DNA of 62,904 nucleotides, filler included, from Olpidium bornovanus S191 (Eukaryota > Fungi > Olpidiomycota), in assembly GCA_017911155.1 (NCBI GenBank). It is 27 parts of 27 records of this genome, joined end to end, with 100 filler letters (N's around TTAATTAATTAA, not from the genome) between each part and the next. Parts side by side here need not be neighbours in the genome. Positions count along the whole stretch, not along the records: positions 23,552 to 26,327 come from JAEFCI010004271.1; positions 26,428 to 27,755 come from JAEFCI010012598.1; positions 27,856 to 31,018 come from JAEFCI010001292.1; positions 31,119 to 33,170 come from JAEFCI010013118.1; positions 33,271 to 34,272 come from JAEFCI010012596.1; positions 34,373 to 37,902 come from JAEFCI010005370.1; 21 more parts are not named here. One strand, 5' to 3'. Positions 24,808-36,686 of the stretch are shown piece by piece. The notes beneath the pieces were generated by a model. That model was not told the DNA's origin, searched no databases, and saw only the letters and a list, made by a program, of their open reading frames with translations. Each line of letters starts with the position of its first letter. Positions within the stretch are counted from its first letter, which is position 1. Made by a program: the position numbers and the translations under genes.

Positions 24808-26220
24808 AGTAAGAGCTGCCGGCCCCGCCCCCACCCTCTCCCGGCCAGAGGAGGGCGCCGCCTTGCGAGACGAGAGACGAGAGAAAGAGAGAGCGAGAGA
24901 AAATGAGCGGGCGCCTGGTGGCGACCCGAGTCGTGTACTGCTCTTGCTCCGCTGGGATCCGCCTCCATTGCAATCCCCGGAGCGCCTGCGCCACGCCCGC
25001 CCGTTTGGCGGCGGTGACGTCAGTGCGGACAACCGCGTCATTATTCTTTTCTCGCCGCTGAGATCCGCTCTCTCCCTAATGGACCGCTGTGATGATTTCG
25101 AAAGTGTCGGCGAACCAGGCTGAAAGCGAGGCCAAAGAGCTCATGGCCAAAGCCGACAAGAAAGCCAACTCCACTAGCTGGTTTGGTGGGAACAAGTTTG
25201 AGGAGGCCGGGGACCTCTACGCCAAGGCGGCCAATAGCTTCAAGCTCGCGAAGCAATGTATGGAAAACGGGAGCCCGGGTTTCGGTTTTGCCCCCTTTCA
25301 TCCTTGCGAGACAGGGAGTTCGTCCTGGGAAGGAAAAGTGGGGGCAGGGGTAGTGGGGAGGAGGAATGGAGAGGGAAAGGGAACGAAGCGAAATGGCATG
25401 ATGTCGAAGAGTCCTGGCGGGGTGAGACAAGCGGCACTTACGTTCGCGAGATCCCACCGGGAACCTCCCCAGGGAAAGAGGCCGGAGACGCCTTCACGAA
25501 ACAGGCCGACATGCAGCTGCGGCAAAGCGAACGTGACGAAGCGGCGAACACGTATATAAATGCTTCGAAGTGTTACAAGAAAAGCAACCCTCTTGGTAAG
25601 AGCGCGGGCAGGATATAATTATGCAACGCCTGCCAGCAAGCACCGTCCCCCAGGGCAGAACAAACATGCGCATAGCCACCTCCTTTTCTCTGTTTTTCGG
25701 TTATTTTCTGACACACAAGCTTTCCTTCGCTCGCCGACCCTCTGCGGACATACAGAGGCCGTCCAAGCGCTGAAGCATGCGATAGAGATTTTGACAGAGC
25801 GCGGCCGATTCCACGCGGCCGCAAATAACCAGAAGGCGGTGGCGGAAATTTACGAGTCGGACCTCGTCGACCTGGAGAAAGCGATGATGGCCTACGAGAC
25901 GGCCGCTGACTGGTTCCTGGGGGAGGAGGCCACCGCGTGCGTGAACGGGACGGCGTCGCACCGGGGTTTCTAGTTCCGCCTGTTTTGAAAACTTTCTTTA
26001 TAACCAGACCGAGCCTGGCCCTGCGAAACGCTTCATCGATTTAGGCTGGCGAACGCGTGCCTCCTGAAAGTCGCCACGTTCGCAGCCCAACTTAACCAGT
26101 ATGACAAAGCCATCGAAAAGTTCGAGCAGGTCGCGAACGCCTCCATCGACAACCAGCTGACCAAATGGTCGGTTAAGGAGTACTACTTCAAAGCTGGTCT
26201 TTGCCACATGTGCAAGGCGG
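24808..26220 (+). CDS. SEC17: Alpha-SNAP Sec17, 5' multi-exon fragment
   Basis: [19 protein letters not shown]; [21 protein letters not shown]; [15 protein letters not shown]; [21 protein letters not shown]; ANKCLLKVA-like exon; [15 protein letters not shown]. The start is inferred across an intron (see findings). Confidence 0.95.
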
Positions 26221-26427
26221 TAAGCGCGCGGCTCGTCCTATTCTCAGAAATGTGTAGAAGGGAGCATTGCGTGGAGAGCGGCTTTGCTTGTTTAGCAAAC
26301 GCGAGGACGCGATGCAGCCTGGTCCTCNNNNNNNNNNNNNNNNNNNNNNNNNNNNNNNNNNNNNNNNNNNNTTAATTAATTAANNNNNNNNNNNNNNNNN
26401 NNNNNNNNNNNNNNNNNNNNNNNNNNN

Positions 26428-27430
26428 CATGCGAGTCTAATGTGAATGCAGAACGCGTGTTTGACGGACGCATTGCAATGCCTCGATCTCCCTACCTTCC
26501 GTGATAGTTTCTAAATCTTTTTTTGAAAAACCATCCTCGTTCCGAACACCGGCCAGCCGCGCTGAAAAGTTGTCGGTGGCGAAGGACGCTTCCAACTCCG
26601 TTGCGTTGATAAACGATTCTGGGCTCACTTGGACCATGTTCACAAGCGTCTAACGACGGCGCGGGAGCAAAGGCACTATGTGAGTCGTTACAGTTATCTT
26701 TCCCCTGCGCCAAGTGCCAATTCTCATGTCTCTAAATGGGTACCAAACTTGCAGACGACCAACTAGTTCGAATAGAGCATATTATTATTTTCGCCTATAC
26801 CTTCCGAAAATTCTCGAGCTCCGTCGCGCTCTTCCGAAGCATAGTATATCGCTTTATCAAGGACTTCCTGCTGGAAATCACAGCTTGCTTCTCGGCCTGC
26901 TCTTTCGCGAGTTTCCGATCCAATTCCAACACTCGCGCGTTCGACGCCTCGAGCTCTTGTTCAAGGGTCGCGACCTAGGGGAAAGGAAGGTGGCGGCGTC
27001 GCAAGAAACGTGCCGTCCAGGTGCCGAAAGTGACAGATCGGAAGCAGAGCATGGTTTTCCGCTATAATTAGCGTGAAGTCGAGTTTGCGCAAGGGGCAGC
27101 ATGCCGTTGGCAGCGGCTTGCGTCCGGACTGGGAGGGGTCAACCGACCGGCCGCTCCTGCATTCCGGACGGCCTGAACAGTGTCCGATCTGGCCGTGATC
27201 CTCGCCGTCTCGCCCCGTCGTGCAGCGCGTTTACTTTTCTCGTCCCGCTTTTTTTTTTCTCACCTGCCGCTGGTACCTGTGCATGGCCTCCTTGAACTTG
27301 TCGAGCTCGGCCTGAAGGGTGCTTGTGTCGGAGACGTACGCCTGCCGGGCGCGCTCCACCGCTTCGAAGAAGTTTACGTGTGCGCCCGGCATCGCGGGGT
27401 CGGCTTCGCCGGCGCGTAGAGGCACGGAAA
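26428..27430 (-). CDS. Hypothetical coiled-coil protein fragment
   Basis: Exon-like pieces LQAELDKFKEAMHRYQRQ and TLEQELEASNARVLELDRKLAKEQAEKQ flanked by GT/AG sites. Confidence 0.45.
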
Positions 27431-27630
27431 GTCCCTGGCGTCGCGGCCCGCGTGTTGCTGGACGGGCGTGGTTTCAGACTTCGAAGAATCTCGTCGCCCG
27501 TGAAATGGCGCGGGGTGGGGTGAGGTCGGTTGAGGGAGCCGGCGGGAGGGCGGGGGTGGGGGGAACGGGCGGCGGGCGAGGGGGCGGCCGGGGGTTGAAA
27601 CGTGGCGTGGCTCCCCTCTCGCGTGCTCCG

Positions 27631-27665
<35 letters not shown>

Positions 27666-27855
27666 CCCCTTTCCCCCCCCCCCCCCCCACGCGGGGGTGT
27701 TGGGGCGGGGGGGTGTGGCCCGCGCGGGCGCGCCCCCCGCGCGGGCCCCCCCCGCNNNNNNNNNNNNNNNNNNNNNNNNNNNNNNNNNNNNNNNNNNNNT
27801 TAATTAATTAANNNNNNNNNNNNNNNNNNNNNNNNNNNNNNNNNNNNNNNNNNNN

Positions 27856-28269
27856 CATGCTTGGAATCCCACGCCGTACCCGGCGTTTACAGACCACGGC
27901 GACACCCCGCGGTGGACAGCGCGGACGTGCAGCACACTCAGCCCGATAAAGTACACCCCGGTGACGCTGCGTTGCCTGAGCTGGCCCGGCGCGGTCGTGA
28001 TCGCGTACATGGACAAGTTTGCCAACATCTACGTCGGCGACGGTCTCAAGGACCTCGGCGGCCAGCCGTACAGCTCGGCGCAGCTGCCGGAGATGCAGAA
28101 GGAGTTCGCCAGCTCGCCTGATCAGCCCGAAACGGACGTCACGGAGGCGGTAGACCCGTCGGTCGAGGAGGAGACCGCACACGAGGAGGCGCGGCGGATT
28201 GCGCAGGAGGAGAACGCCGAGGAGAGCGAAAACGAGGACGAAGACAACGGAGACGACGACGAGGCCTAG
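27856..28269 (+). CDS. RSPH4: Radial spoke head protein RSPH4/6, C-terminal fragment
   Basis: WTARTCSTL...LRCLSWPGAVVIAYMDKFANIYVGDGLK...TEAVDPSVEEE followed by an acidic tail. Confidence 0.9.
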   Translation, partial: HAWNPTPYPAFTDHGDTPRWTARTCSTLSPIKYTPVTLRCLSWPGAVVIAYMDKFANIYVGDGLKDLGGQPYSSAQLPEMQKEFASSPDQPETDVTEAVDPSVEEETAHEEARRIAQEENAEESENEDEDNGDDDEA

Positions 28270-28977
28270 TGCTTCTCCCGTGGCTGATCCTTGCGCCACT
28301 AATTAACGGTTCCTGGTGCTTCCCGGATAAGAGGGGGTTGCGTGCGTGCTTTTACTATACCCATTCATCCCGAAATCCCATATGCCGGACGTTTGGCCAC
28401 ACGACCTCACACCGCCGAGATAATTTTGTTTCGCACGCGCCATCTTACCGCCTGACGCTGCTGTCTTTTTCTCGTGGCGGGGGGCGGGGAAAGGCGGGAG
28501 GCGGGGGCGGGGAAGGTGTGTTGTTGCGCGAACAACAAGGAGGGCCCATCATCAAGCGCGGACTCTCGGAACGTTCAAGGCTGACCCCGAGCCTTTCTGC
28601 ACAAAGAGTTCCCTCCGACCCTTTCCTGGACAGCGTCCCCCACCACCCTCCCAACACCCCAAACCCAAATCCTCCCCACTGCGGTCCTTTCGAACGGCCC
28701 CCGCGGAGTTCCCGCCTCTCACCCAGCCCTCAAGCAAGCATACGCGACTCCCGAGAAAGGCCGAAACAAAATTTGGCAAAACGACGACTTTCCCGCACGA
28801 TCAGAGGATGGCGGTAACAGCAGGCTCCTGAAACGTGCCCAGCACGGAGTTTGCGCGCCGGCCAAACGTTCGTTGTATGCGATGGAAATTGAACGTCGTA
28901 TGTGGCCCGTTCGCTGCTATGTACATGGTGTGAACCTGGTCGTGTTGGCGTCAAGTGGGCAAGAACACAGCGTCTCG

Positions 28978-31018
28978 TCACCTAGCTCCAATGCACTTCA
29001 GTGCGGCTGCTGCCTCGTCTCTCAGCCTCGTCGCCACCGGCCCCTCGGCACCTTCGACGATCCCCTCGATATCGAGCAAGATATCCGTGGCCTGCTTGCC
29101 AAGCGCCAGCGGGAAAGCTCGCGCGAGGGCCTCGACCGTGGGCACGACGGAGATCAGCGACTCCACTACCCCCTCGGCCGCGCCAGTAAACAGCATTTCT
29201 CGGACGGTCGGCACCACGGAGGATTGTGCAATGTGCAGGCTTGGCCCGAAAACGCGGAAATACGAGAAGCAGGAAGAAAAATGTCAGAACCGACATTAAT
29301 CGCGAACCAACCGAACAAAAAAAAAATGCGAACCTGCTCGGCATTGGGTACTTATTGAACAGGTATCCAGCTAGTTGGATGCCAAAAATTCGTTTTTTTT
29401 CATCCGGCACGGTGAGTAACTCTGGCAGGTGATCCAAGCAGACATCTGGAGAACAACAAACGTGAGCGGCGGAAAAACGCGCAAAAATGCAGGCCACAAA
29501 CAAATTTGGAGACGTCCGTCAGGAAAGCGGTCGCTGGCGAACGGCAGAAAAAAAAAGCCAGGCAAATCACGGTACTCACACAGAGAGGGCACCCCCTCGA
29601 CGACTACAGGGATAAGTTCTTCGGGAAACGTCTGGAACATCAGAAGCTTCAAAAGTAGGACGATCTCGACGAACAGCTGCTGGTGCAGAAAGTTGCACGT
29701 GGCATCCCGTATGTCGGCCAGAATATCTTTCGCCGTGAAAATCCAACGAGAAACAAACAACCCCCCGGTTAAGTCAGATAAGGCGTTCCCCTGGACGCCT
29801 CCTATATACCGTCAAACAACTAGATCTTCCCTGATACCTGGATTACGCCGGTCCTCTGCCGACTCAAGGCACACTTCAAGAAGCGACTGGACGATCAGCG
29901 AGTCCTGGATGTAGAGCGCCGCCTTCAGGTGCAGTTCGGAAAATTGAAGCGCCTGGGAGGCAGAAAGCCAAAAAAAATAGCACGGTGACACATTGAACTT
30001 TCCTGGTAACGTGACTTCCCCGAAACCGCAGTGTCTAACCTACGTTGTTATCCGCCGCCGCGACCTGGTATCGTCGTTTCATATAGTGCCGTGAGGCGAC
30101 CGTAAGCGACCTCAGGATGCACAGCAGAATTTCGAAGAGTGACGGGCACCGGAATATCCTCCAGTCGCAGCGGAAAACCACCATCGGATCGCACAACAGG
30201 TCCTCCAAGGTTCGCCAACTTTTACAGCAGATTCGCGGCAGCAAGCATAACCTGTAAGTCTTGCGGGCGACGGTGCAGCAACCCCGTTGATAATTGCCGA
30301 CCTAAAAGTCGCATCACCGCTGCAACATACTCTTTCACGCCTCCCTTACTCGTCGGCAAAAGCAGGTTCACGGTCAGAACCCAGAGGTCTGTCGACAAGA
30401 TGGCGCTTAGCGCCGCCCAGAGTTCAGCCACACCATCGAGGGCGTCCCGGGTGACTCTGCGTACCAGGTGTGCGGAGATAGCCCACAGGGGAAAGCGGAA
30501 AATGTTGAGAACAGGACGACAAAGCTAACCACCCAATACTTTTCTGGAACTTACCTTGGACCAAGAACGCTGGGAAGCAAGCAAGTGACGAGAGACTCCC
30601 AATGTCGGAGCAGCACCTCGGAATGTTGGCAATTCAGGAAACGCAGGAAAGATGGGAAGAACGGAGCTAAAGCGCGGAACGCGAGTCGTGAGTGTCACGT
30701 CGATTAATCTGCTGTCACGTCCAATAGCCGTTATCGCCCAAGCGGAACGCAAAATTCTTACTTACCGCGGATCGCGCGGTCCGGATCCCGTAACACGTTC
30801 CGGATCGCATCCTCCAGATCTCTTGACCCGCCTGGCAAGTTATGCGAAGAGAAAGCGGCGGAATGAGCGCCTGTCGTTTCATCTCTGTGCGAGAAAACAT
30901 GCAAATATCAGGCCGGTTCTCAGATGGACAAATCTCCGCAAGCGGCCAGGAAAACGAAAGCGCAAAGAAGGAAGTGTCCGTTAATTACCTAGCCGACCGT
31001 TTCTCCTCTTGGAGGAAA
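28978..31018 (-). CDS. INTS2: Integrator complex subunit 2 homolog, C-terminal multi-exon fragment
   Basis: YIQDSLIVQSLLEVCL; CNFLHQQLFVE...LLMFQTFPEELIPVVVEGVPSL; VCLDHLPELLTVPDEKKRIFGIQLAGYLFNKYP; LARAFPL. Same order as human QDSAAVQILLEICL / FLHQM..LVHFQGYP.ELLPLTVAGIPSMHICLDFIPEL / FCRAFPPL. Confidence 0.85.
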
Positions 31019-31132
31019 NNNNNNNNNNNNNNNNNNNNNNNNNNNNNNNNNNNNNNNNNNNNTTAATTAATTAANNNNNNNNNNNNNNNNNNNNNNNNNN
31101 NNNNNNNNNNNNNNNNNNCGCCGGACAGCGAT

Positions 31133-33170
31133 ATGTGCCGCCGCCCACGCGTCTCTCTGTTGCCGCTGCTGCTGACAGGTGAGAGAACGCGGAGGTGGGG
31201 GGGGGGGGGGGGGGGGAGGGGGGGGGGGGGGGGGGGGGGGGGTGGGAGAGAAGAGAGAGGTGTTGCGCGCGCGCAATCCAAATCCGCCCCCGCCCCACCC
31301 CGCCCTTCCCCCCCGCGGAAAAACCACGCGCAGGCCAGAAAGGCTCGACGGCTGGACGGGAGGGGGGGGGGAAGGGGAAGGGAGGGAGAGGAAGGGAGGG
31401 GCAGGGGAGCAGGGCGTTTCTTCTCGTCGTTCCGCCGCCGGGTTTCCGCCTCTCGGGACCGCGCGACGCGTCGACCCGCCTTTTTTTGCGTTGTCGAAAT
31501 CGCGTCCCCGGGGCTTTGCTTCTCTCCCTGCCAACCCCGCCCGATCCCTCTCACCTATTCCCCCCCCCCTCCCCCCCTCCCCGCGTCCTGGCATCACAAC
31601 GGCCGTATGCGATACTTCGCCCGGGGACCCCCTTTTCCCTTCGCGCGCGTCGGTCAGCACCTAACAGTTCGCGGGTTTTAATCATGCTCCGTTTCCTGTT
31701 TCCCCGCACCAGCGTTCCCGGCGGGGCTGGCCGCACCGGTGACCTTCAGCGTCGGCGGGTTTCCCCCGGCAGGGCAGTCGCTGGCCGTCGTTCTGGGCGC
31801 CGCGGCGCCGACGAAGCTCGCGCCGGGACCGGACGGCGTCCTCTGGTCCGGGACCGCCGATGTGCCGCCGGGCGGGACGTACAAGTACGCTTTTGTCGAC
31901 GCCGGCGGGGCGGCGGTCGTCACCGAGCCGTTCGAGCGGACCGCGCCGCAAGGGACGGACAAGACCCTCAACGAGTTTTGGATGAGGCAGGCATTTTTTT
32001 TTTGTCCTGCGTTTCCCTTTTTTTTTTGTGGGCGACGTGGGTGGGGGGGAAGGGGGACTGGGGAGGGGAAAACGGCGGGGAGGAGGGGAACGCGGAAGGA
32101 AGGGTGAGGTCTCGAGGCGGGGAAGAGGCGCGGCCGTCTCGAACACCCCGTTGCGCCGATTACCGACTCCCGTTCATCAAATCCGCTTGCCGGTCTCCGC
32201 CCGCGTCCGCGATCGCGCAGGCCGATGACCACGAAAGACCACCCGCGGTTGCCCCAATTGTGGCCCGCCTGGCCGCGCGGGTACAGTCGACTGTTCGACG
32301 AGACTTACATCCCCGTCATTCACATAACCGGCGACGAAAACGCGATCCTCCCCATTCTAAAGACAAAAGCGGGTGAAACCGCGGTGGACGTCGTATGGGT
32401 CGGGTCAGTACGTGGCTTAACGAAGAAAAGTGGAAAAAGAATCCAACACTGTCGCTTACCTTTGTTGCCCCCGTGCGGGGGTGCCAACAGGAAATCGGAA
32501 ACCGTCACGATGAAGAACCTCACTTTCCAAGCCGGCGGGCAATCCTCGAAAGACTACGACAAGACGCAGATTGGCCTAAAGTTTCCGAAGGGTTCCAGCT
32601 TTGAGGGCCGGCGCGACCTCAAGCTCCGCGCTGGGCGGACCGACCCCAGCTTCCTGCGCGAGAGGGCGTACACCGACCTCCTGAACGCCGTCGGCGTTCC
32701 CTCCGCGCAGGGATGCCACGCCCGGGTGTACATCAACAAGACATATCGCGGGCTTTACTTTTTCGAGGACGACGTCGAGGCTGCCTGGGGTGAGTCCGCC
32801 GTGGTCGCCGCCGCTCGGACAAAGGAAAGCACCCCCTCCCTTGTCCTAAAGTCGCCTCTCACGCTCCCCTACACCCCCCTTCCCCTGCCTCGCGCACCAA
32901 CAATTTGCAGGCGAGGTGACCATCAGACCCGGCCCCGGCACCCCGACCTCCCTGTCACAGGTCTCGGCGGGCGGGACCGGGAACTTCGTCTTCGGCAGTT
33001 ACGACGCCTACAAATTCGAACTGAACGCCACCGACCCGGACATCAACGACATGATCCCGGCGATGAAGGCGCTTGCAGACTTCCCCGCCGCCACGGCCAC
33101 CGCGGAGCAGGTCAGCGCCCTTAAACAGCACATCGATTACAGCCTGGTGTACAGGGCGGGGGCTCTTGAA
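31133..33170 (+). CDS. cotH: Secreted CotH kinase-domain protein, 5' fragment
   Basis: Spliced signal peptide MCRRPRVSLLPLLLT|AFPAGLAAPVTFSV; beta-rich N-domain (YKYAFV, EPFER); LFDETYIPVIHITG; GGQSS; LKLRAGRTDPSFLRERAYTDLLNAVGVP; RVYINKTYRGLY. Confidence 0.9.
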
Positions 33171-34084
33171 NNNNNNNNNNNNNNNNNNNNNNNNNNNNNN
33201 NNNNNNNNNNNNNNTTAATTAATTAANNNNNNNNNNNNNNNNNNNNNNNNNNNNNNNNNNNNNNNNNNNNGGATTGCAGGGCGCGGGGGAAAAAAAAGAT
33301 TTAGGAGTAACCAGAGTGCACTGTACGCAATTAGTTAAAGGTAATCTTTGGCTTTCCTATTTCGATCATTTTCGGCCTTGGACCCTCAAATGCATTATTT
33401 TTTTTGTGAACGCCTCCTACATTCGTAGTTGCCCCTCTTTTAGGGGCCCACATTTTGTGAATTATTTGGACCTTAGGCTCTCGCATTTGTAAACTATTTT
33501 TGCGAACTGGTCCCGCATTCGTAATTTCCCCAATTATAAACTGGACCCGACAGTGGGGTGGCAGGAAACGGAGACAGCGATAGGAATTTAAAAAAGAAAT
33601 TTTTTTAAGCAGACAGGGGCTGACGCCAAAACAATCAAAACACACACTCACTCACACACACAACAAAAAGGAATTACGGAACGGGAGGCGGAGCAACAGA
33701 AAACATTGCGCAACCCACGGCGGTCGAGACGGATGGCCCCTTTTTGGCCCGTCCGATGTCGGGAGGGAGATTTTCACGGACGGGGCGTGGGGGTGGGGGG
33801 GTGTATGCGTGTTTCCTGCCAGTTAACTGCTCGGGGGAGGGGTCAAATCAAATCCCGGCGTGGTACATAATAAAAATGGGCCGTTGGCGCCCTTTTCATC
33901 CTCCGCCCGCCCTCCCCCTGAGAATCCCTTCCCCCCCCCCCCCCTTTTTTTTTTTTCTTTCTCACCTCCCTCGAAAAACCCGCAGGCAACAACAGCCGCA
34001 CAACAGGGAAAAAAAAAACAACTGACCGAAAAGAAAAAGAAAAGGAACGACCTGCGCGCCACCGCGCGCCTGCCCGTGTCAACA

Positions 34085-34180
34085 ATGAGTCACCTGCAGT
34101 ACAATTTTAAGCGGCTGACCCCGGTTCCGACCGCCTCCGACTTCCTCGACATCGTGCTGTCAAAAACCCAGCGGAAAACC
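34085..34180 (+). CDS. NOG1: Nucleolar GTP-binding protein Nog1, N-terminal fragment
   Basis: [33 protein letters not shown]. Confidence 0.92.
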
Positions 34181-34372
34181 CCGGGGGGAGGGAGAACCTG
34201 GAACCGGAAATGCTGCCCTCCCGGCTTTTTTTCCCGCACGCGGGCCCGAGAGCAAAAAAAAAAAAAAAAAAANNNNNNNNNNNNNNNNNNNNNNNNNNNN
34301 NNNNNNNNNNNNNNNNTTAATTAATTAANNNNNNNNNNNNNNNNNNNNNNNNNNNNNNNNNNNNNNNNNNNN

Positions 34373-34469
<97 letters not shown>

Positions 34470-34934
34470 AAAAAAAAACAAAAAAAACAAAAACCCTGCG
34501 AGGGGGAGGGGGGGAAGGACGCGCGTTTGCGGCGCGTCATCCCGTTTGGCTGCTTTGTGTTGTTGTGCGGGCAGCGGGCCGGCGGGGGAAAGGGCAAGCT
34601 TTGCCGGGACGCTGAGCGGCCGGAGAAAAAAAAAAAAAAAAACAAAAAAAATTGCCACGCACCCGAAAGTAATCCGACTCCTTGTACCTTCCCCTCCCCT
34701 TCCACCCCCCACCCCAGCCATGCAATTGACCGGGAGACCGCCGTACAATGCAGATGGTCCCACACGCCAGTTTGTCACCTCGGTCCGCTGGGCCTGAAAA
34801 ATCGGCGTGATATTACGTATTACAAATAAGCCGACGGCGGGTGGGTTGTGAACCAAGGAAGAAAGGGGGAGTGTGGCAAGGGATATAAAGTCTACGACTT
34901 GGGGTTTCTTGGGCTTAACATTCTTCTTCCTGTT

Positions 34935-36647
34935 TTACAAAAATATACTTCCGCCCCGCTCGTTGATCAGCTCGGGTGACGGCTGGCCCTGGTCCAAATC
35001 GAGGCAGTACATCGGCATGACGCCGCGAGCGAAGCCTTTGGAAACGTTGACGGCGGTCACCCATCCGTCGTCGAATCTGCGCAGAAAAAAAAATCATTGG
35101 CTTGGTCAGTCTTGAAAAAACCGAAAGGAAAATAAAAAATAAAACAAAAAAATAAACGGCCCGGTTCCGCTCACTTTTTGTACACGTCCACGATGTCTCC
35201 CGGCTCGACGGCAAGCTCGTCGCTGAGCGTCGGAGCGTAGTTGGTGGCGACCATCCACCTCCCCAGGGGCGCCTCCGAGAAGGCGATAGTCGAGGGGTCT
35301 GGCCCGTACTGCGACGTCGTCCTCGAGGAGACGGACGAGCGGTTGGAACGCGACTCGGAGCTCGGGGCGGTGCTGTAGGTGGAAGCGAAAGTGGACCGGA
35401 CGTTGCTCACCGCGAGGTTCAGCGGGTGCGGGGAGCGGGCCGGGGCGGCGCTGCCGTACTTCTCCTCCGAAGCCCGCTGGGCCGCCGCCGCCCGTCTGGC
35501 GGCGGATCTCTTCCGCCTGAGGTAAACGGGGGCGATCAGGAGCAGGGAGGCCGCGGCCACCGCCCCGACCACGATGGCGCCGATCGCGGCGGCCGACAGA
35601 CCATTCGACGAATTGCTATCTTGCGGCGCGCCGGGGCCGTCTGCGTTTGGGGCAGGTGTGATCCGGCGGTTAGCAAATTGTTTCTCTTTTCTTTTGGACA
35701 CCTCAATCACCGACCCAGAAACAACAACAAAAAAAGGAAGATCTTAGGAACGTACCATCGCCACCCGTATTGTTTCCGTCGGCGGCAGCACCCGGTGAAC
35801 CGGGCGGGCTGGCGCCAGTCGGCGTCGGGGCCGGTCCTGTCTCGGTTGGGCCCGCCGGTGGCACTTCTGTGGGAATCGGGATCGCGCCAGGATCGGAGCT
35901 GTCCCCGCTTCCGGGGTCGCCGCCGTTGCCCGGATCGGCGCCGGGGTCCTCCTCGCCGCCGCCGTTGCCCGGACCGGCGCCGGGGTCCTCCTCGCCGCCG
36001 CCGTTGCCCGGACCGGCGCCGGGGTCCTCATCGCCGCCGCCGTTGCCTGGATCGGCGCCGGGGTCCTCCTCGCTGCCTCCGTCCCCGTTGTCGCCGGGGT
36101 CCTCCTCGCTGCCTTCGTCCCCGTTGTCGCCGGGCCCGTCGGCTCCGCCGTCGCCGCCGCCGCGACCGCGGCCGTCCCCGCCGTCGCCGCCCCCGCCCCC
36201 GCCGTCGCCGCCGCCGCCGCCGCCGCCGCCGCCGTACCCGCCGTCCCTTCCTTTTCTGGACGGCGGTCCTTTTCCGTAATCGGGTTCCGAGGAGTTTCTG
36301 CGGGATCCTCTTCCCAAAACACCGACGTCGGAACCGCGGCCACCGGAATTACTGCTCCGGTCGCCGCGCGAAGCGGACCCCGTAACTTGCCCCGATGACG
36401 TTACGGTTGGTCTGCCGGTCCGCGGTCGGGGGGTGTTGGCTCCGGCGCCCCTGCAGAACGCCCATGCCGGCAAAGACGGGTTCGCTGGCGGATTAAACAG
36501 CTCGCACCACGGCACGTTGCCTGCCAACCACAAGTTTGGACGACAGGCGAGAAGGTCGACGCCCGAAATCAGCTCACAAACCCGGCCGTGGATTTCCCCC
36601 CCCCCCCCCCCCCCTCCCCCCCCCCCCCTTTTCCGCGGGATTCGGGG

Positions 36648-36686
<39 letters not shown>

